Assembly: GCA_964550425.1 (NCBI GenBank)
Contig: CAZJZB010000002.1
Coordinates: 1,626 to 65,625, forward strand
Source: an uncultured Candidatus Saccharibacteria bacterium
GTDB lineage: Bacteria; Patescibacteriota; Minisyncoccia; Phycocordibacterales; Phycocordibacteraceae
Reading direction: 5' to 3'
Length of the DNA: 64,000 bases
This document shows, piece after piece, positions 48,546 to 57,509 of this stretch; the stretch's first letter is position 1, and the number at the start of each line of letters is the position of its first letter. The position numbers and the translations under genes are program-made. The notes beneath the pieces are model-generated. The model had not been told where the DNA came from. It did not search any database and saw nothing but the letters and a program-made list of their open reading frames with translations.

Positions 48546-49678
48546 ATACACGACCATTACTAATTAACGAACGCATTATTGGTGCAGGCCACCCCACATT
48601 TGTTATTGCTGAAATATCGGGCAACCATCATCAGAAGTATGAAGAGGCCGAGACGCTCGTGCATGTAGCGAAGGATGCAGGCGCTGATGCAGTGAAACTT
48701 CAAACCTATACCGCCGATACAATCACACTCAATTCGGATAAAGAATATTTCAGAGTGAGCGGTAAAGATCAGCCGGATACATGGAAGGGAGAAACACTCT
48801 ACAATCTCTATACAACAGCCTATACGCCGTGGGAGTGGCAGCCGAAATTAAAAAAACTTGCTGACGACATCGGCATACTTCTCTTTTCCACTCCCTTTGA
48901 CGATACAGCAGTAGATTTTCTAGAGAAAGAGGTGGAAGTCAGTTTTTACAAAATCGCTTCGTATGAGGCAGTACATATTCCGCTACTGCGAAAAGTGGCC
49001 TCGACGGGGAAGCCGGTTATTATTTCAGTTGGTTTTGCTGACGAAGAAGAAATAGCGCTCGCTATAGAAACACTGAAGAATAATGGAGCGTCGGATGTGG
49101 TGGTTCTGCACTGCGTCACTACTTATTCGGATACGCCAAGATTTTTTAATATGAACCTTACGACTATTGATGACATCAGGAATCGTTTTAGCGTTGAAGC
49201 TGGTTTTTCTGACAATAACGCCGGCATTGTTGCGCCTATCATCGCCGCTGTGGTCCACAAGGCCGTTGCAGTAGAGAAACACATCACGCTCTCACGAGCT
49301 CTGGGAGGACCCGACGCGCGCTTCTCACTTCAGCCCGATGAACTGCGGGAGATGGTTACTCGTATACGGAAGGGCGAGAGAGAAGGAATCGAGGCAGCAC
49401 TTGAGGGTGTCGGGACTATGGCAGATGTTGCGGAAGTAAATGGGGTAGTGAACTATGGCCCGGCTTCACCACAAGAGGCGGAGAATAGAATATTCCGCCC
49501 CTCTATCTGGGTGAAGAAGGATATAAAAAAAGGCGAAACACTGACACTTGAAAATATCCGTGTCGCGCGACCCGCTCACGGGCTCGCACCAAAGTTCTTT
49601 GATGACGTACTTGGTACCGTAGCCACGCGCGATATCGAGGCGGCCACTCCTTTTTCGTGGGATCTAGTGTCTACATAG
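48542..49678 (+). CDS. nonulosonic acid synthase (NeuB/PseI/LegI family) with C-terminal SAF domain
   Basis: Has FVIAEISGNHHQ and TIM-barrel NeuB motifs, plus a C-terminal SAF/antifreeze-like domain. Confidence 0.85.
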   Translation: MNTRPLLINERIIGAGHPTFVIAEISGNHHQKYEEAETLVHVAKDAGADAVKLQTYTADTITLNSDKEYFRVSGKDQPDTWKGETLYNLYTTAYTPWEWQPKLKKLADDIGILLFSTPFDDTAVDFLEKEVEVSFYKIASYEAVHIPLLRKVASTGKPVIISVGFADEEEIALAIETLKNNGASDVVVLHCVTTYSDTPRFFNMNLTTIDDIRNRFSVEAGFSDNNAGIVAPIIAAVVHKAVAVEKHITLSRALGGPDARFSLQPDELREMVTRIRKGEREGIEAALEGVGTMADVAEVNGVVNYGPASPQEAENRIFRPSIWVKKDIKKGETLTLENIRVARPAHGLAPKFFDDVLGTVATRDIEAATPFSWDLVST

Positions 49679-49682
49679 AGCT

Positions 49683-50306
49683 ATGGAACAACTCATCGGA
49701 ATACTCAATTACGGTCTTGGTAACTTAAGTTCGATTTCTCACGCACTTACATCACTTGGCGTTGCTCACGAAATACTCACGTCTCCTAATGCCCTGACGC
49801 GGGTGAGTCATATCATCCTACCGGGCGTTGGGTCATTTAAAGAGGGAATGGCCGGTCTAGAACGTGCAGGCTTTATAGAGCCATTGCGTCAAGCGGTGTT
49901 AATCGGAAAAAAACCACTCCTCGGTATCTGTCTCGGTATGCAGTTACTAGCCGACGTAGGACTCGAGCATGGCGAGCACGCTGGGCTCTCTTTTCTAGCT
50001 GGTCGTGTCGAGCGCATACCCGCGGAAGTACACAAATTACCCCTGCCACACATAGGGTGGAATTCCGTACATTTCTCAGAAGGAAAAAGAATAACAAGAG
50101 GATTGACGCAAGATACTGACTTCTACTTTGTGCACAGTTATCATTTTCTTCCTACTGAAGAAGAAGTTATTGCTGGTGTCACTGAATATGGTATTCAGAT
50201 TGCCGCGATCGTGGAGAAGGGCAATATATTTGGTACGCAATTTCACCCTGAGAAGAGCGGCGAGGAAGGCCTCAAGATTCTTAAGAATTTCTCAGAAATA
50301 GTATAA
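49683..50306 (+). CDS. glutamine amidotransferase, HisH-like (WbuY-type)
   Basis: IGILNYGLGNL, GICLGMQLL (catalytic Cys) and HSYHF triad residues. Confidence 0.8.
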   Translation: MEQLIGILNYGLGNLSSISHALTSLGVAHEILTSPNALTRVSHIILPGVGSFKEGMAGLERAGFIEPLRQAVLIGKKPLLGICLGMQLLADVGLEHGEHAGLSFLAGRVERIPAEVHKLPLPHIGWNSVHFSEGKRITRGLTQDTDFYFVHSYHFLPTEEEVIAGVTEYGIQIAAIVEKGNIFGTQFHPEKSGEEGLKILKNFSEIV

Positions 50307-50308
50307 GT

Positions 50309-51127
50309 ATGCTTAAGCCCCGTCTCATACCCGTCCTCCTTTTTAAAAACGGCGTTCTGGTGCGCAGTCAGCATTTCGATTTCTTTCAATCGACCGGCGA
50401 TCCTATAGGACAGGTGGAGCGATTTACACAGTGGAAAGCAGATGAGCTTATCTATCTTGATATTTCGCGCGTTGATATCTACAACGCGCAGGGAACGATG
50501 CAAAATATTGGCTCCACGACCTCGGGCAAGGATACCGGCGCAGCTGCCTCTCACAATTTTATTGAAGTGATACAGGCCGTCGCTCAGAAATGCTTCGTAC
50601 CGCTTACGGTGGGCGGCAAGATACGCACGATAGACGATATCCGGGTACGTCTCAAAAGCGGGGCGGATAAAGTCAGCATTAACAGCATGGCGTTTGAGAA
50701 TCCGGCCTTTATTACTGAAGCGGCACAGGTCTTCGGCAGCCAATGCATCGTCGTCTCTATCGACGTACGGAAATCAGTGAATGGATGGGACGTATATTCG
50801 CACAACGGAGAACGCGCGACTGGACGACAGGCAGTAGCGTGGGCTGTCGAGGCCGCCGAACGTGGAGCAGGCGAGATACTGCTTGGTTCTATAGATTGTG
50901 ATGGAGCGGGAGACGGGTATGACACTGAACTCATAAACGCGGTCGCACACGCCGTTGCAGTGCCAGTTATCGCGCTTGGTGGAGTAGGCACGTTCGAACA
51001 CTTTGTAGAAGGGCTCCATGCGGGTGCAAGCGCGGTCGCTGCCGCTAACATATTCCACTTCACCGAACAAAGCATCATTAATGCGAAACGCTACCTGCAA
51101 CACTCCGGCGTTGCTGTGAGATTATAG
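50309..51127 (+). CDS. imidazole-glycerol-phosphate synthase cyclase-like subunit, HisF-like (WbuZ-type)
   Basis: LIPVLLFKNGVLVRS and LTVGGKIRT (HisF TIM barrel). Confidence 0.8.
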   Translation: MLKPRLIPVLLFKNGVLVRSQHFDFFQSTGDPIGQVERFTQWKADELIYLDISRVDIYNAQGTMQNIGSTTSGKDTGAAASHNFIEVIQAVAQKCFVPLTVGGKIRTIDDIRVRLKSGADKVSINSMAFENPAFITEAAQVFGSQCIVVSIDVRKSVNGWDVYSHNGERATGRQAVAWAVEAAERGAGEILLGSIDCDGAGDGYDTELINAVAHAVAVPVIALGGVGTFEHFVEGLHAGASAVAAANIFHFTEQSIINAKRYLQHSGVAVRL

Positions 51128-51147
51128 AGGGGAGTATACTCACGCAT

Positions 51148-52374
51148 ATGACCCGCGCCTCTCCAGAGTTACGTCCGTCAGACATGCCGGCAATGATCTA
51201 TTGCACGCGTTGCACCTACCCAATTATCGCGGTCAATTTAACGATTGGAACGAATGGCGTCTGCAGCGGTTGTCGCGTACATGACGAAAAGGAGGCACTC
51301 GACTGGTCCGCACGCGAGGAAGAATTTAAAAAGCTGCTGTACTCATATCGCACAGACGGCAAGAACTACGATTGCATCATTCCTGTATCCGGCGGCAAGG
51401 ACAGCCATTTTCAGGTTTGGTATATCAAGGAAAAGCTCGGGTTGAATCCGCTTCTCGTGACGTATTACACGCACAACTACACTCCTACCGCTGAGGCAAA
51501 TTTACGCAATATAAGCAAGCATTTTGGCGTCGACCATTATATTTTTACGCCGAGTTACAAGATGATTCAGAAAATGAATCTTGCCGGTTTCGAAATGATG
51601 GGTGACATGAGTTGGCACTTCCATGCTGGCGTGAATACCTTGCCGTTCCAAATGGCAGTGAAGTTCAATGTGCCTCTTGTCATCTACGGCGAGCATGGAT
51701 TTATGGATTTAGCAGGACAATTCCAATTTGCCGATCGGCCGGAGTTTACGGCGCGTTACCGCAAAGAGCATCAGCTGCGCGGATATGATTGGCAAGATTT
51801 TATCGGCAAAGAAGGCCTTACCGAAAAAGACCTACTATGGGCGCAATACCCCTCAGATAAAGAAATAGCTCAAGTGGGGGTGCGCGGTATTTATATGGGT
51901 GTCTATGTCTACTGGGATGCTAACAAGCATGGTAAAAAAGTAGAAGAAGAATTTGGATTTAAACCCAATCCCGAGCCATTTGAGCGCACCTATCGCCGCG
52001 CATCAAATGTGGACGACATCCATGAGAACGGCATCAAGGACTATCTGAAATTTGTTAAGTTCGGCTACGGCCGAGGGACCGACCACACCGCAAAAGATAT
52101 TCGCCTTGGCAGTATGACCCGCGACGAGGGCATCAAGCTCGTGCGCCAGTATGATGCTGTCGTCCCGCGCAAATCACTCGAACATTTCTTGACGATGACC
52201 GGTATGAGTGAAGAAGAGTTTTGGCCGATTACCGACTCCTTCCATGATCCGCGGGTGTGGTGGATACGGGGCGGGGAGTGGTGGAAAGATACACTATGGG
52301 GGACTCCGGAGCCATTTGGCAAGGTCCATTTGTCTCCCGATAAGCAAAAAATGTATCGTCACGTCATAACATAG
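51148..52374 (+). CDS. N-acetyl sugar amidotransferase (WbuX/PseA-like PP-loop ATP pyrophosphatase)
   Basis: Has an N-terminal Cys cluster CTRCTYP...CSGC and the PP-loop motif IPVSGGKDS. It is co-located with the HisH/HisF-like pair. Confidence 0.75.
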   Translation: MTRASPELRPSDMPAMIYCTRCTYPIIAVNLTIGTNGVCSGCRVHDEKEALDWSAREEEFKKLLYSYRTDGKNYDCIIPVSGGKDSHFQVWYIKEKLGLNPLLVTYYTHNYTPTAEANLRNISKHFGVDHYIFTPSYKMIQKMNLAGFEMMGDMSWHFHAGVNTLPFQMAVKFNVPLVIYGEHGFMDLAGQFQFADRPEFTARYRKEHQLRGYDWQDFIGKEGLTEKDLLWAQYPSDKEIAQVGVRGIYMGVYVYWDANKHGKKVEEEFGFKPNPEPFERTYRRASNVDDIHENGIKDYLKFVKFGYGRGTDHTAKDIRLGSMTRDEGIKLVRQYDAVVPRKSLEHFLTMTGMSEEEFWPITDSFHDPRVWWIRGGEWWKDTLWGTPEPFGKVHLSPDKQKMYRHVIT

Positions 52375-52375
52375 T

Positions 52376-53056
52376 ATGAATCAGGCACCGATTGTACTCG
52401 TTATTATTCCCATCAAGGAACGCTCAACGCGATTGCCAGGGAAGAATCTCAAAGACCTCTGCGGTAAACCAATGATGGCGTATCCGATTGAGGCGGCAAA
52501 AGGTGCGAAGGGAGTGAGTCGTGTCATCGTCACCACAGAATCAGAGAAGATAAAAGAAATAGCGCTCAAGTACGGAGCGGAGGTACCTTTTTTGCGGCCA
52601 ATGGAGCTCACGGAAGATGCAGTGACTTCACAGCAGGTGTTAGTGCATGCGCTCGATGAGCTCAAGAAACTTGAGGACTACGAACCCGACTATGTACTCC
52701 TCCTTTATCCGACCTCGCCACTTCTCTCGCGAGAGAGAATAGAGCAGGCTATCGCACTCGCCATTGAGAAGAATGCTGATTCAGTTATCAGCGGCCATTA
52801 TGACAAAGGGCATTACTGGCTACCCGAAGGCGATGCATGGAAACGTCTCTACCCGACTAAGCTAGTGAACAGCCAGTACCAGAGGCCTCTTTTTGTAGAA
52901 AATGGGGCCCTCTATATGACACGTGCTTCTATTGTGCGCACTCAGATAGTCGCCAACCAGGCACAAGTGCTTTTGATGAAGCCAGATGAAAACGTGGATG
53001 TGGATTATCCCGAAGATTTCATAAAAGCGGAGTCGATGCTTAAGAACGGGGCATAG
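52376..53056 (+). CDS. CMP-nonulosonic acid synthetase (acylneuraminate cytidylyltransferase family)
   Basis: VLVIIPIKERSTRLPGKNL N-terminus of the CTP_transf_3 family. Confidence 0.8.
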   Translation: MNQAPIVLVIIPIKERSTRLPGKNLKDLCGKPMMAYPIEAAKGAKGVSRVIVTTESEKIKEIALKYGAEVPFLRPMELTEDAVTSQQVLVHALDELKKLEDYEPDYVLLLYPTSPLLSRERIEQAIALAIEKNADSVISGHYDKGHYWLPEGDAWKRLYPTKLVNSQYQRPLFVENGALYMTRASIVRTQIVANQAQVLLMKPDENVDVDYPEDFIKAESMLKNGA

Positions 53057-53098
53057 TAGCCTTTAGCATTCTATGCAGGTTATAGTTGTAAACCACCC

Positions 53099-54874
53099 AT
53101 GAAAGTCACGATATTGACGCTCTGGCGTATATTCAATCGTTATCGCTGGCATATCGCTGCGCTTGTTGTGCTAAGTTTCTTGAGCGCCATACTGGAAGGC
53201 ATCGGTATTAACTCCGCTATTCCGCTGATCTCGTTTTTCACTGGCGCAAACAGTGCACCGACCGATGTCATCACGCATGCGATCAAAGCGCTGTTCGATT
53301 TCCTACGTATACCTTTCAGCTTCCGGTATCTCCTCGGCTTCATACTCGGACTCTTCATCCTGCGCGCCGTATCAATGGTGGTATTCGGCTATATCCGTGG
53401 ATGGATAAGTGCCGACTTTCTCGGCAAAGAGAGCGAGGATGTGCTTCGTCGGACGCTCCTGTCGTCGTGGCCTTTTCTTCTGAAACAGAGAATAGGAACC
53501 GTGCACAACACGCTCGTGCGAGACGTCCAGCAAACCTGCGGACTTCTCGGGATTATCGCGCAAGTCGTACAGTCCTTCAGCGGATTCCTGATGTATCTCA
53601 TCGTGGCTGTAAACATTTCGCCAACGATGACGTTCTACACGCTCGGCGGCGGTGCATTCATTCTGCTCATAGTGAGGCCACTTATCCGACGTACGCGGAA
53701 CATCGGAGAACGTGCAGCCGGAGTGGAGAAACAATTCTCGCAATTCCTGAGTGAACACATTATCGGCATGAAGTCCATCAAGGCGGCCGGTGCTGAACGC
53801 GCCGCGCTCGTTGATGGTACCGCGCACATACAAGTATTACGCACGTTCTCGATTCGTCAGGCATTTGTGCAGTCCGTCAGCTCTAGCGTCTTCCAGCCGG
53901 CCATCCTTGTCCTTGTCGTTGTGCTTTTTATACTGACGTATAATTCGCCCGGATTCAACATTATTTCATTCGCAGCGGCACTCTATCTCATTCAAAAGAT
54001 ATTCACGTATCTTGAGTCCGGCCAGAATGCACTCATCGGCATGAGCCAATTCTTGCCGTACGCGCAGAATGTGTACAACTTCAAGAAAATGCTTTCGGAA
54101 CATCGCGAACAGCCGGCGAAAGAAGGGAAGCCGTTCGTTTTCAATAATTCGCTTTCCTTCGACCACGTAACGTTCTCGTATGCCGGATCGCCATCCGTAC
54201 TAAAGGATGTATCATTCTCGATTGCCAAAGGAGAAACCATCGGTCTCATCGGTCCGTCGGGGGCGGGCAAGACCTCCATTGCCGACCTCCTCTTACGTCT
54301 ATTCCGCCCCACCGAGGGCAATGTCTATTTGGACGGACTGTCGGCGGATGATATCAACGTGGCGGAATGGAGGAAGCATTTCGGATATGTTTCCCAGGAC
54401 GTGTTTCTCTTCAACGGCACGATTGAAGAGAATATCCGATTCTATCGCTCCGAACTATCCTTGGACGATATTACCGAAGCGGCAAAACAGGCCAATATCT
54501 ATGACTTCATAATTGGATTGCCGGACGGTTTTCAGACGTTCACCGGTGATAACGGTGTGATGCTCTCGGGAGGTCAGCGCCAACGCATCGTGCTTGCGCG
54601 TGCGCTCGCAGGCAGACCTTCTCTTCTCATTCTTGACGAAGCGACAAGCGCGCTTGATTCGGCTTCGGAGAAGCTCATACAGGAGTCCATCCATAACTTG
54701 CACGGCAACGTGACGGTATGTATCATCGCGCACCGTTTGAGTACCATTGAGCATTCTGATCGCCTGCTTGTTCTTGATCACGGGAAGATTATCGAAGAAG
54801 GTACGCCGAGCGAGCTTCTGGCACGGCCGGATTCCTACTTTTCAAAACATCACGGGTCTCACAAATCGGTATAG
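53099..54874 (+). CDS. ABC exporter, fused permease/ATPase (MsbA-like)
   Basis: Six TM helices plus an NBD with GPSGAGKTS (Walker A), LSGGQRQR and ILDEATSALD. Confidence 0.85.
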   Translation: MKVTILTLWRIFNRYRWHIAALVVLSFLSAILEGIGINSAIPLISFFTGANSAPTDVITHAIKALFDFLRIPFSFRYLLGFILGLFILRAVSMVVFGYIRGWISADFLGKESEDVLRRTLLSSWPFLLKQRIGTVHNTLVRDVQQTCGLLGIIAQVVQSFSGFLMYLIVAVNISPTMTFYTLGGGAFILLIVRPLIRRTRNIGERAAGVEKQFSQFLSEHIIGMKSIKAAGAERAALVDGTAHIQVLRTFSIRQAFVQSVSSSVFQPAILVLVVVLFILTYNSPGFNIISFAAALYLIQKIFTYLESGQNALIGMSQFLPYAQNVYNFKKMLSEHREQPAKEGKPFVFNNSLSFDHVTFSYAGSPSVLKDVSFSIAKGETIGLIGPSGAGKTSIADLLLRLFRPTEGNVYLDGLSADDINVAEWRKHFGYVSQDVFLFNGTIEENIRFYRSELSLDDITEAAKQANIYDFIIGLPDGFQTFTGDNGVMLSGGQRQRIVLARALAGRPSLLILDEATSALDSASEKLIQESIHNLHGNVTVCIIAHRLSTIEHSDRLLVLDHGKIIEEGTPSELLARPDSYFSKHHGSHKSV

Positions 54875-54883
54875 AATGCCCGT

Positions 54884-55975
54884 ATGGATAGGAGACAGTA
54901 TCTCACGATAACCGCTGGCATCATGATGTCAGCATTTCTGTTTGTGCCGATAATGGAATTTGTTGATGCCAATGATTACAACATACTTTCTACCGACCCC
55001 ACGACAGGGCTCTATCGATATATACAAAATAGCTCATTCAGGACGACAAGCGATTGTTATGAAAATACGGTAGTAGTCAATAACCTGGGTTTCCACGGAC
55101 CTCAAGTGTCTCCCGAAAAAGGGAAGAACACATTCAGGATTATCTTGATAGGAAGTTCATATGTTTCGGCAATACAAGTTCCTGTAGAAGCTATGTTTTC
55201 AAGGATTCTTGAGGAAAAACTTAATGCTGATCCCAGTCGTCCCTACACCTACGAGGTGATTCCAATCGCGATTGGCGGGCAGAGCAAAATGCTTCTTGAT
55301 ATATTTTATTACCTCAAGTACGGCTCCGTGCTCAATCCCGATCTCGTCATTGATGTTGAGAGTGGTAATGAACTGATTGATGAACACACGATCGATACGT
55401 CCGTTCTAGATGCGCAGGGAAATATCGTGGTACAAACCCCTAAAGGTAGTGAAAGCAAAACAGTCGCCTTTGTTCGTGCAGTAAGTCGAAACTCCAAGTT
55501 TCTTGTAAACCTCTACAATCGAACCCTCATATTTAAGAGCAATCTAGAATCCTTCTTTTCCGCACCATTTGCATCAACAGCACCTCCTCCTCTCGTACCG
55601 GATTCCATTATGGCAAAAAAACATGCAGAAGCAGAACAAGTACTCTGGCAAAACAAAGAAAAAATGTTAAGCACTTTTGCAAAGTATGTAGAAAAAGATG
55701 GCGCGCAATTCCTATATGCGTCATGGACTGGTTCGTGGGTAGCAACTGGAACGGCTGCAGAATTCCCCCAGTATGGGCAGAAAATTGCCGAACGGAATAA
55801 TTTTCATTATGTTGACCTCGTACCGGTGTTCCAATCAGAAGAAGCGGCATCTGGCAGACAAGGTACCTATACGTGTGATACTCACTGGAATAGTGAAGGT
55901 AATCGTTATAGTGCCGACGCTTTCTTTCTATACCTCACGGATCATCCTGTGTTGTTGTCTAGAAAATCACTATGA
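54884..55975 (+). CDS. DltD/AlgJ/AlgX-like SGNH-type protein (polysaccharide O-acyl transfer accessory)
   Basis: Has an N-terminal TM anchor and the CDTHWN motif (the DxHW of AlgJ/AlgX/DltD). Confidence 0.65.
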   Translation: MDRRQYLTITAGIMMSAFLFVPIMEFVDANDYNILSTDPTTGLYRYIQNSSFRTTSDCYENTVVVNNLGFHGPQVSPEKGKNTFRIILIGSSYVSAIQVPVEAMFSRILEEKLNADPSRPYTYEVIPIAIGGQSKMLLDIFYYLKYGSVLNPDLVIDVESGNELIDEHTIDTSVLDAQGNIVVQTPKGSESKTVAFVRAVSRNSKFLVNLYNRTLIFKSNLESFFSAPFASTAPPPLVPDSIMAKKHAEAEQVLWQNKEKMLSTFAKYVEKDGAQFLYASWTGSWVATGTAAEFPQYGQKIAERNNFHYVDLVPVFQSEEAASGRQGTYTCDTHWNSEGNRYSADAFFLYLTDHPVLLSRKSL

Positions 55976-57450
55976 CCTTTATCTCAATCGCTTTTGTCGT
56001 CTTCTTTGTTGCGATAGTAGTCGCGTACTACGTGTGCCCACAGCGTTATAGATGGGCGCTTCTGCTTGCTGGTAGCTGTTACTTCTACATTGCCTTCGTG
56101 CCTAAGTACATTTTTATCCTCTTTTTTATTATTATTGTCAGCTTCATCCTTGCCAAGCAGGTTGAGCGGAACATTGGGAAGGGGAGGCAAATCCTGTTTA
56201 TCGCGAGTGTAGTTATTATTGCCAGCGTTCTATTTATATTTAAATACTTTAACTTCTTTAACGAAAATGTCGGCGCAATCGCGAGTGTGCTGCATTGGAA
56301 TTATTCAATAGAGTTCCTCTCAATACTCCTCCCGCTCGGGCTCTCATTTCACACGTTCCAGATAATCAGTTATCTCATAGAAGTGTACAGAGGCAAGTAC
56401 CCGGCAGAACAGCATCTCGGGCACTATTCACTCTACGTAATGTTCTTCCCACAGCTTGTCGCAGGTCCCATCGAGAGACCAGCACACTTACTACCGCAAT
56501 TTAAGAGAGCGATCGTTTTTGATAAAAACAACATACTTTCTGGGTTGCGACTCATGGCTTGGGGATTCTTCAAGAAAATAGTTATTGCAGACAGGTTTGC
56601 AGTTTCGGTCAATTATATATACGCGAACATTGCCGATGTCTCTGGGCCGAGCATACTATTTGCAATGCTGGCGTTCTCTCTCCAGCTCTATGCAGATTTC
56701 TCCGGTTATACCGACATAGCACGCGGTAGCGCACGCGTGCTCGGTATTGAGCTTGTTCGCAATTTTGACCAACCCTATTTTTCTCGTTCAGTTGAAGAAT
56801 TCTGGCGCCGCTGGCACATATCCCTTTCATTTTGGTTTCGAGACTACGTGTACCTTCCACTTGTTTGGAAGAGAAGAGAATGGGGCATCTGGTGGATGTA
56901 TTGCGCAATCGTCATTACATTTGTTCTAGTTGGAGCGTGGCACGGAGCTGCATGGACGTATGTCGTTATGGGCATCTTATTTGGTTGTTACATAATCATA
57001 GGTCGTCTTACGAAGTCAATGCGTCAGACATTCGCGGTATGGATCGGCCTCACGCGCACTCCTCGCTTGCACACCTTGGTGCGGACAGCCATAACTTTTG
57101 CACTGGTGAGTGTCGCCTTCGTCTTTTTCCGTTCTCAGGATCTACCGAGCGCGATGTCTTTTTTGAGGCAGATGTTCGCAGGATGGAATATTTCGTTCGA
57201 ACAATTTATAGAAGGATATATCGTTCACCCATTCGCAATGATTGGAATGAAAAACACCGAGTTAGGCATTTCACTCGTCGTTGTGGCAATCCTCTTTTTT
57301 GTTGAAAATCTTGAGCGCCGCGGGTGTCTTAATGAGTTTCTTAGCAGAAAGTCGTTATTTACCCGCTCTGTATTCTACAGTTCTATAGTTCTTGCCATTG
57401 TCCTTCTTGGCATGTTCACCGCCAGCACCTTTATTTACTTTCAGTTTTGA
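55972..57450 (+). CDS. MBOAT-family membrane-bound O-acyltransferase (AlgI/DltB/PatA-like)
   Basis: Polytopic. It carries the conserved MBOAT His region FHTFQIISYLIEVYRG and the downstream WRRWHISLSFWFRDYVY. ATGA overlap with the DltD-like gene. Confidence 0.85.
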   Translation: MTFISIAFVVFFVAIVVAYYVCPQRYRWALLLAGSCYFYIAFVPKYIFILFFIIIVSFILAKQVERNIGKGRQILFIASVVIIASVLFIFKYFNFFNENVGAIASVLHWNYSIEFLSILLPLGLSFHTFQIISYLIEVYRGKYPAEQHLGHYSLYVMFFPQLVAGPIERPAHLLPQFKRAIVFDKNNILSGLRLMAWGFFKKIVIADRFAVSVNYIYANIADVSGPSILFAMLAFSLQLYADFSGYTDIARGSARVLGIELVRNFDQPYFSRSVEEFWRRWHISLSFWFRDYVYLPLVWKRREWGIWWMYCAIVITFVLVGAWHGAAWTYVVMGILFGCYIIIGRLTKSMRQTFAVWIGLTRTPRLHTLVRTAITFALVSVAFVFFRSQDLPSAMSFLRQMFAGWNISFEQFIEGYIVHPFAMIGMKNTELGISLVVVAILFFVENLERRGCLNEFLSRKSLFTRSVFYSSIVLAIVLLGMFTASTFIYFQF

Positions 57451-57509
57451 GCGGATCGGTTTGTTTGCAAGAATGTGCTATAATTTCTTGTGATATGCAG
57501 TCAGGAGAT

